Source: an uncultured Chloroflexota bacterium
GTDB lineage: Bacteria; Chloroflexota; Dehalococcoidia; CAUJGQ01
Assembly: GCA_937879875.1 (NCBI GenBank)
Contig: CALFMN010000231.1
Span: 1 to 64,000, forward strand
Length of the DNA: 64,000 bases
Reading direction: 5' to 3'
Shown here: piece after piece, positions 57,209-64,000 of the stretch
How positions within the stretch are numbered: position 1 is the stretch's first letter
How the letters are laid out: every line of letters starts with the position of its first letter
Notes under the pieces: model-generated
Seen by the model: the letters and a program-made list of their open reading frames with translations, nothing else
What the model was told of the DNA's origin: nothing
Databases searched by the model: none
Made by a program: the position numbers and the translations under genes

Positions 57209-60153
57209 CTATAACGCCTGCTCCGCGCCGTCCGCCAGTTCGCGTTCCAACTCCGCCGCGACGGCCAGCCCGTACTCGATGGAGGCATGGGGCGAGAGTG
57301 CCGCACCAGTCGCCCACGCTTCGGCGAACGCCGCATCATCCAACGCGGCCCGAACCCGTTCCACCGCAGCCTGCTGCTGATCCGGTAAGCTGAGCGACGC
57401 CGCGGCGAACTGCTGCTGCTGCGCGTCGACGGCGGCCAGGAGACGCGCACTCTCGACAAGCCGGTCACACCGCTCCGCCGCCTGGGCGAGCACATTCAGC
57501 AGCGCTGGGAGAGAGACCGAGGGAGCGCTGCTGCGCTCCACCGTGAGACTCGCCGCGCAGGTGGCGACGGCCGCCCGCGTGTCCCCCTGGCGCAGCATGA
57601 CCCGCGCAAGCACGACGACGTGGTGCAGGAGGGCAGGACCTTTCTCACTCTGTTCAGCGACGACTTGTCGCACGGCCACCTCCATGAACGCGCGTGCCCG
57701 GGCAGCGTCGCCGAGCGCCTCCGCCAGATGTGCCTCACCCCGCAGACCCTCGGGCGAGCGGGTCGTGGCCTCAAGCGCCCGATTGGCCGCGGCCAGCCCT
57801 TTCGCGGCAACGAGATCGCCGCGGGCTGCTGCTGCCTCGATGAGATTCCCCCGTACCGCGGCAGCCATTCCGGCATTCCCTCCAGCGAGATAGAGACTGA
57901 GCGCTTCTTCGGCCAGCGGGATCATCGCGGCAGATCGGCCCTGAGACACGCGCAGCAACGAAAGGTGGTGGAGCGCGTCAGCAAGGCCATGCAGGTCACC
58001 CAGCGCGCGGCTCAGTGCGATGGCTTCCTCCATCTCGGCCGCCGCACGTTCCTGGTCCGCAGCGGAGGTCAGGACATAGGACGGAACTGCGAGCAGTCGA
58101 GCCCGTGAGATACTCGGTAGCGCGGCCTCCGGCAGGGCAAGGAAGCGCCGGCGCCACTCCTGCTGTTCGTTCCCGTGACCGCGGTTGGTCAGGTACCAGC
58201 ACAGCGCCCAGTACAGGCGCACTCCCACCGAGAGCTCTGCCTGCTCCACGCACCAGCCCAACACCACCCGCGCGTTGTCCAGCTCGTCGTCCAGCCGCGC
58301 CCAGCCACCCAGCTGCGCCCAGGTGTTCGGGGCCACGGCGCGCCGAGCCAGCTGCAGCACTTGCAGCGCGAGCTGGCGGCGAAGCTGCTCGGCTTCGCCG
58401 TTCGCCTCCAGCTCGCCCAGCGCGAACTCGCGGATCGTCTCCAGCATCGCGTAGCGCGGCTCGCCGTCGGCGCCGCCGACTTCGCGCAGCAGGCTCTTCT
58501 CCACCAGCGAGGCGATGCCGTCCAGGATCGCTTCCTTCGGAATGACCGGTAGGGGCGGTTCGTGCACCGCCCGCGCTGCGTCCGCGGGTGCAGGCGCCCC
58601 GTTCGGCGGTTCAGGGTTCGCGGAGGCTGGCGCTCGCGGCTGCGCATCATGTGTCATGGGGGGCCGTTCACGAACGGCCCCGACCGTGCTCTGGTCGTCG
58701 GCGCAGACGGCTTCGGCCAGCTCCAGCGTGCAGCCGCCGGCGAAGACCGCGAGCCAGCGGAACGGCCGCTGCTCAGCCGGGTTCAGCAGGGCGTAGCTCC
58801 AGGCGATCGCGTCGCGCAGGGTCTGCCGCGCGGGAGCGTCGCGGGCGCCACCGGTCAGCAGCGGCAGCCGCTGCTCCAGCCGCGCCAGCAGCGCCGCGGG
58901 CGGCAGCGCCCGCACCCGCGCCGCCGCCAGCTCGATCGCCAGCGGCAGACCGTCGAGCCGGGCGCAGATCGCGGCCACGGCCGGAGCGTTCTCCAGCGTC
59001 AGCTTGAAGCCGGCGCGCACGGCCTCCGCTCGCGCCGCGAACAGCGCCATGGCCGGGTTGGCGGTGATATCTGTGGTCGGGCTGGGCGTCTCGTCCGGCA
59101 GCGGCAGCGGCGGTACGGCGTACTCATGTTCGCCGGCGACGCGCAGCGGTGCCCGGCTTGTCACCAGCAGCGATACTCCGGGCGCGGCTCGCAGCAGCGC
59201 CGCGGCGAACTCGGCGGCCGAGAGCAGATGCTCGTAGTTGTCGAGGAGGAGCAGCAACCGCTTGCCGCGCAGGAAACGGGCCACGCTCTCGCGCAACGGC
59301 ACGCCCGGCAACTCCTGCACGCCCAGCGCCCTGGCCACGCCCGACGGCACGAAGTCCGGCTCCTGCAACGGAGCGAGGTCCACGAGGAACACGCCGTCCG
59401 GAAACTCCTCAAGCGCCTCGGCCGCGGCCTGCAGCGCCAGCCGTGTCTTGCCTGTGCCGCCCGGACCGGTGAGCGTCAGCAGGCGATGCCCTCGCAGCAA
59501 CGCGCCGATTTCGGAAAGCTCGCGTTCGCGGCCGATGAAGCTGGTGAGCGCCAGCGGCAGGTTGTTCGGGCGAGCGTCGAGTGTCTTCAGCGGCGGAAAC
59601 GTTTCCGGCAGACCGGCCGCGACCAGTTGAAAGAGTTGCTCCGGCTCGCGGAGATCGCGCAGCTGGTGGCGGCCGAGGTCGCGCAGCGCCGCGCCGTCAG
59701 GCAGCGTTTCACGTACCAGCTTCGCCGTCGCCTCGGAGAGCAGGATCTGGCCGCCGTACCCGGCGGCGCGGACGCGGGCACAGCGGTTCACCGCCGAGCC
59801 GTAGTAGTCACCGTCACGCAGGTCCGCCTCACCGGTGTGCAGCGCCATGCGCACGCGCAGCACACCCACAACACCCCAGTCCTCAGTCGCGAGCGCCCGC
59901 TGCCCGGCAAGCGCGGCGGCCACGGCGTCTGAGGCGCGCACGAAGACGCAGAACAGGAGTCGCCCTCGCCGCGCGGTCGGACAACGACGCCGTCGTGCCG
60001 CGCGAAGACCGCGGTGAGCAGCGCGTCGTGGCGGGCCATGACGGCACGCATCGCTTGTGGGTGCTGCTCCCACAGCCGGGTGCTGCCCTCGACGTCGGTG
60101 AAGAGAAAGGTGACCGTGCCTGTTGGCAACGGGGAACCAGGCCAGGTGCTCAT
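57209..60153 (-). pseudogene. class III adenylate/guanylate cyclase - NB-ARC/AAA ATPase - TPR regulator with a 1-nt frameshift in the cyclase domain
   Basis: FLFTDVEGSTRLWE...GEGDS in one frame, continuing as LFCVFVRASDAV...RVRMALHTGEA in the -1 frame near 59940; then GPGGTGKTRLAL Walker A and C-terminal TPR-like helices. Confidence 0.55.
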
Positions 60154-60625
60154 CGCTTGCCGTCCCGCCGGCGGCCCCGCCTCCCAGTCGACGCCTGCTC
60201 CGCCTCTCCCGAGTGTACGGAGCCTGTCAATCTTGCTGCAGGCGCGGGACCCTTGCACGGCAACGGCTGCGAGGCCGCAGGGCCGCGCCACGAATGCGGG
60301 CATCCGCAGCAGGGGCAATACGCGGCCCGGACCACGGGGGCCTGCAGCCAAACCCGCGATCTGCGCCCGCAAAACTCCGGCCCGGATCTGGCAATTATCT
60401 TGCAGCTTACCTGTGTGAGACGAGCGAGCGCCCATGGCCACCACGTGAACCCGGGCGGACACGAGCTTCAGCACGCGTCACGCAAGCAACATCGCACTGT
60501 GGCACAACCGCGGGCTTTGTGGTCGCTGTCCTGGCCGCTCGTTCAGGACTGCTGCACGGCGCCGACAGCACCGCGGCCCGGCCATGTCTTCCGAGACCGC
60601 AGCGCTGCGCGAGCGTGACCACCAC

Positions 60626-61723
60626 CTACCGCCCGCCGCTCACGAACACGGCGATGCCCGTGCCGGCGCCGGGATCGAAGATGTGGTTGTTGCCCGCGTA
60701 GGCGGCGACGGAGTGGCTGCCTCTGCCGCTCAGGATCTGTACAAGGTGGTCGTTGTCGGCGTTCACCACGCCGAGCTTGGGTCCCCGGAAGATGGCGAGA
60801 TAGAAGTTGTCGTCGCCGGGGTTGAACCAGATCTCGTCGGCGCCGCCTACGCCCGCGACGAAAGCATGGATGCGCCCGGTGCGAAGCTCGACAGCGACCG
60901 CGCCGTTGCCGCAGGCGCCGAGGAAGCGCTCGTTATGGCCGAGGGCGAGCCCCGTTGGCCCCGCGTCGCAGCCGGGCACCGGAAAGCTGGCGACGAGGCT
61001 TTCGCTTACGGGATCGAACACGTCGATAAAGCCGGTCGTGCCTCCGGCAGGCACCGCCTGATAGAACAGCCCGGTCTGCGGATCCCACACAGACTGTTCG
61101 AGGCCGCCGCCCGCGGTCGCATGCCCGGCAGCGCTCGCCGGCTGCATGAGCGTGTTGTCGGCGTAGTAGAAGTGCCCGGCGACCGTCCGCGTGGTCACGT
61201 TAATGAAGGTCAGGAAGCCCTCGGCATCATTGGCGATCAGGATGAGCTGGTCGCGAGGGTCGTATGAGAGCTCATCGGCCCGGCAGTGCCCACCGGTGTC
61301 GATCGAGGTCAGAAAGGTCGTGCCAGGCGTGGGGTTCAGCACTTTGATCGTGCTGTTGCCGTCGCCCGCCCAGACGAGGCCGCTGCTATCGGTCACCACA
61401 CCGTCGGGCCCGGCGCCCGCGAAGGGGTCGCCGTTGCAGGCACCGTTGCCGCTGAATGTGCCCTTGCCGATGTAGCCGATGAAGGTGTCGGTCCGGGCAT
61501 CAAACAGGTCGATCGCTTTGTTCGAGCGGTCGGCCAGGAAGTAGCGCCCGGTGGCATTCTCAACCCAGCTAATGTCCACGCTCGCCGGCGCGGGCGGCGT
61601 GATCGTGGTGCTGAACCGCACCAGATGGTCCTTCGGGGCAGCCAGGGCAGTGGCGGCGGCGAACAGCAGGGCGAGACCGAGGACGAGCGAGCCCGGGAGG
61701 GCGCGGCGCAACGGCCATGACAT
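60626..61723 (-). CDS. secreted beta-propeller-like protein (YncE/YVTN-type repeats)
   Basis: Signal peptide MSWPLRRALPGSLVLGLALLFAAATALA; repeated ...G.I.VFD... strands; AAGGA RBS. Confidence 0.55.
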   Translation of the reverse strand: MSWPLRRALPGSLVLGLALLFAAATALAAPKDHLVRFSTTITPPAPASVDISWVENATGRYFLADRSNKAIDLFDARTDTFIGYIGKGTFSGNGACNGDPFAGAGPDGVVTDSSGLVWAGDGNSTIKVLNPTPGTTFLTSIDTGGHCRADELSYDPRDQLILIANDAEGFLTFINVTTRTVAGHFYYADNTLMQPASAAGHATAGGGLEQSVWDPQTGLFYQAVPAGGTTGFIDVFDPVSESLVASFPVPGCDAGPTGLALGHNERFLGACGNGAVAVELRTGRIHAFVAGVGGADEIWFNPGDDNFYLAIFRGPKLGVVNADNDHLVQILSGRGSHSVAAYAGNNHIFDPGAGTGIAVFVSGGR

Positions 61724-61899
61724 GTGCGACCATCCTTCTTACTGATCGAAGCGCCCTGCAGCGCAGGTCGCTGCAGGAACGCCGCGCAGACGCGGCGCGG
61801 CGCGCCTGCACTCTGCTGCCGCTTGCGGGAGATGACAAGCCACCGTGGGGGTAATTATCGGATTCGGCAGATTTTTCAGCCGATAGCGGCCGAGGCCAC

Positions 61900-61984
61900 G
61901 GCTGCGGGCGTAGCGGTTGACGGCGGATCCGTAGTAGTCGCCCTCTCGGAGATCGGCTTCGCCCGTGTGCAGCGCCATGCGCAC
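61900..61984 (-). other. remnant of a paralogous cyclase domain (RMALHTGEADLREGDYYGSAVNRYAR)
   Basis: About 80% nt identity to 59790-59870 of the frameshifted regulator; no extended ORF. Confidence 0.4.
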
Positions 61985-62293
61985 CTGCCGCGGTCAGACC
62001 ATGGCCCAATCCTTAGCTGGTAGCGCCCGCTGGTCTCCGAGTGCGGTCAAGGGTGCGTCGTGTCTTCGCATCGGCGAACGGAACGGTGATCGTCCCGGCC
62101 GGAAGTCTGGGCATTGCTGCACCTGCCGTCAATGCAAGACAGGACAAGCGCCGAAGACAGCGCGAGCATAGGCGCGAGATGGACGCCTCTGCAACGATAA
62201 ACGCGCTAAGATAGCCGCGGCGGCCGCGATTTGCGGCGCACGCGCATATCGAATTCGCCCGCGGCGAAGCAGAATGCTACGGAGACGATCACG

Positions 62294-64000
62294 ATGACGA
62301 CGACTGCCGACCGCGAGACCGCAACCGGGCCGAAGCGAGCGTACCGTGTCCTGGGCACGCGGCCGATCCGGCACGATGGTTTGGACAAAGTAACCGGCCG
62401 CGCGAAGTACGGCGCCGACATCCACCTGCCCGGCACGCTCGCCGGCAAAGTGCTGCGCAGCCCCTACGCCCACGCCCGCATCAAGCGGATCGATGCGAGC
62501 AAGGCGCTGGCGCTGCCCGGCGTCAGGGCTGTGATCACCGGCGCGGATTTTCCCATCCTGCACGACCGCCAGATCGACTTCGGCGAGACGCTGGGCAACG
62601 TGCGCGTCGTCGCTGAGAACGCGATGGCGAAAGGCAAGGCGCTGTACAAGGGCCACGCTGTGGCCGCCGTGGCCGCAACGAGCGCCAGCATCGCCGAAGA
62701 GGCGCTGAAGCTGATTGAGGTCGAGTACGAGCCGCTGCCCGTGGTGCTGACCTGGCGCGAGGCGATGGCCGAGGGCGCCGTGCTTTTGCACGAAGACCTG
62801 ACCACGCGGACCACTGCCGAGCGCTTCGGCCGCGGCACCGACAGCGGCGTGCAGAGCAACGTCGCCAGCCACCTGATCTTTCACAGCGGCGATTTGGACC
62901 AGGGCTTCAAAGAAGCAGAGGTCATCCTGGAGCGCGAGTACAGCACCAGCACGGTGCACCAGGGCTACATCGAGCCGCATACGAGTACGGCGCGCTGGGG
63001 CGAGGACGGCCGCGTCACGGTCTGGACCAGCTCGCAGGGCCACTTCGGCATGCGCGACCAGACGGCGGCGATCCTCGGCCTGCCCGCCGGCCAGGTGAAA
63101 GTCATCCCGATGGAGATCGGCGGCGGCTTCGGCGGCAAGACGGTGACGTATCTCGACCCGCTCACGTCGCTGCTCTCGAAGAAGACAGGCGCGCCGGTCA
63201 AGATCACGATGAGCCGGACAGAAGTCTTCGAGGCGAGCGGGCCGACCTCCGCCACCTTCATCCGCGTCAAGCTCGGCGCCAGGCGCGACGGCACGCTCAC
63301 CGCGGCGCAGCTCTACATGGTCTACGAGGCGGGCGCCTTCCCCGGCTCGCCGATGGGCGCGGGCGCGGGCTACGGTCTGGCGCCGTACCGCATCGAGAAC
63401 TTCCTCGTCGATGGCTACGACGTGGTTTGCAACAAGCCCAAGGTCGCGGCGTATCGCGCTCCGGGTGTGCCGCAAGCCGCCTTCGCGATCGAGAGCGCGA
63501 TGGACGAGCTGGCCCAGCAGCTTGGCATGGATCCGCTGGCGCTGCGCCGCCTCAACGCCAATGGCGAGGGCGACCGCCTGCCTAGCGGCGTCAAACTCGG
63601 CCCGGTCGGCAATATCGAGATCATCGAACGCATGCAGGCGCACCCGCACTACAACGCGCCGCTCGCAGGGCCGAACCGCGGCCGCGGCATAGCGCTCGGC
63701 TTCTGGGGCAACGGCGGCAACCAGTCGTCCTGCACGATCAACGTCAACGCCGACGGCACGATCGCCGTGATCAGCGGCTCGGTGGACATCGGCGGCACAC
63801 GCCCGGCGGTTTCCATGCAGGCCGCCGAGGTCCTGGGCCTGCGCGCCGAGGACGCGATTCCCAGCGTGGGCGACACAGACTCGGTCGGCTGGACCGGCGT
63901 TACTGGCGGCAGCCGCACCGCCTTCTCCACCGGCATCGCCGCGATCGCCGCCGCGGAAGAGGTCAAGCGCCAGATGATCGCCCGCGCCGCGCTGCTCTGG
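62294..64000 (+). CDS. xanthine dehydrogenase/CoxL-family molybdopterin-binding subunit (3' partial, runs off window)
   Basis: Hand translation: MTTTADRETATGPKRAYRVLGTRPIRHDGLDKVTGRAKYGADIHLPGTLAGKVLRSPYAHARI...; GGAGA RBS; no stop before 64000. Confidence 0.85.
   Translation, partial: MTTTADRETATGPKRAYRVLGTRPIRHDGLDKVTGRAKYGADIHLPGTLAGKVLRSPYAHARIKRIDASKALALPGVRAVITGADFPILHDRQIDFGETLGNVRVVAENAMAKGKALYKGHAVAAVAATSASIAEEALKLIEVEYEPLPVVLTWREAMAEGAVLLHEDLTTRTTAERFGRGTDSGVQSNVASHLIFHSGDLDQGFKEAEVILEREYSTSTVHQGYIEPHTSTARWGEDGRVTVWTSSQGHFGMRDQTAAILGLPAGQVKVIPMEIGGGFGGKTVTYLDPLTSLLSKKTGAPVKITMSRTEVFEASGPTSATFIRVKLGARRDGTLTAAQLYMVYEAGAFPGSPMGAGAGYGLAPYRIENFLVDGYDVVCNKPKVAAYRAPGVPQAAFAIESAMDELAQQLGMDPLALRRLNANGEGDRLPSGVKLGPVGNIEIIERMQAHPHYNAPLAGPNRGRGIALGFWGNGGNQSSCTINVNADGTIAVISGSVDIGGTRPAVSMQAAEVLGLRAEDAIPSVGDTDSVGWTGVTGGSRTAFSTGIAAIAAAEEVKRQMIARAALLW

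Noticed and set aside
62129-63649. 506-aa minus-strand ORF
   Set aside because: Antisense to the xanthine-dehydrogenase-family gene, whose N-terminus I translated by hand and which shows the family motifs.

Overview
High-GC (~70%) bacterial chromosomal segment with about 60 supportable genes and strong GGAGG-type ribosome-binding sites (RBS). The gene content (F420/LLM oxidoreductase, CysO/Mec-type cysteine synthesis, MMPL/TetR, Nramp, DUF2029 glycosyltransferase, two Ser/Thr kinases) suggests a Chloroflexi- or Actinobacteria-like organism. I found no tRNA, rRNA or CRISPR. Main blocks: argG; two paralogous enoyl-CoA hydratases flanking a Mug-type glycosylase; an amidohydrolase/HpcH-aldolase/MFS catabolic cluster; glycosyltransferase family 2 (GT2) gene, LLM, VOC and cyclase-family genes; a Ser/Thr kinase next to a repeat-containing flotillin; an ECF-like sigma factor, a truncated ADP-ribosylglycohydrolase and a membrane Ser/Thr kinase; a DUF2029 glycosyltransferase; moeA; tandem alpha/beta hydrolases; pepA; a complete Rrf2-cysK-[CysO-like::E1 fusion]-cysO-cysM-mec(JAMM) sulfur-carrier cysteine cluster followed by a GltD-like oxidoreductase; BON protein and Nramp; methyltransferase-folP-folK; a lower-GC islet with a PD-(D/E)xK + DUF4357 nuclease; TetR/MMPL; MarR/ABC-2 exporter; transglutaminase-like protein; a DUF433/DUF5615 toxin-antitoxin-like pair; a frameshifted cyclase-ATPase-TPR regulator; a beta-propeller protein; and a partial xanthine-dehydrogenase-family Mo subunit. 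The non-coding DNA holds two families of hairpin-rich MITE-like elements (family A x6 copies, family B x2 copies) and several heptad-periodic G3N4 microsatellites at gene boundaries that are G-rich on the mRNA strand of the neighbouring gene. Many long ORFs in the six-frame track are antisense shadows of real genes and were discarded.
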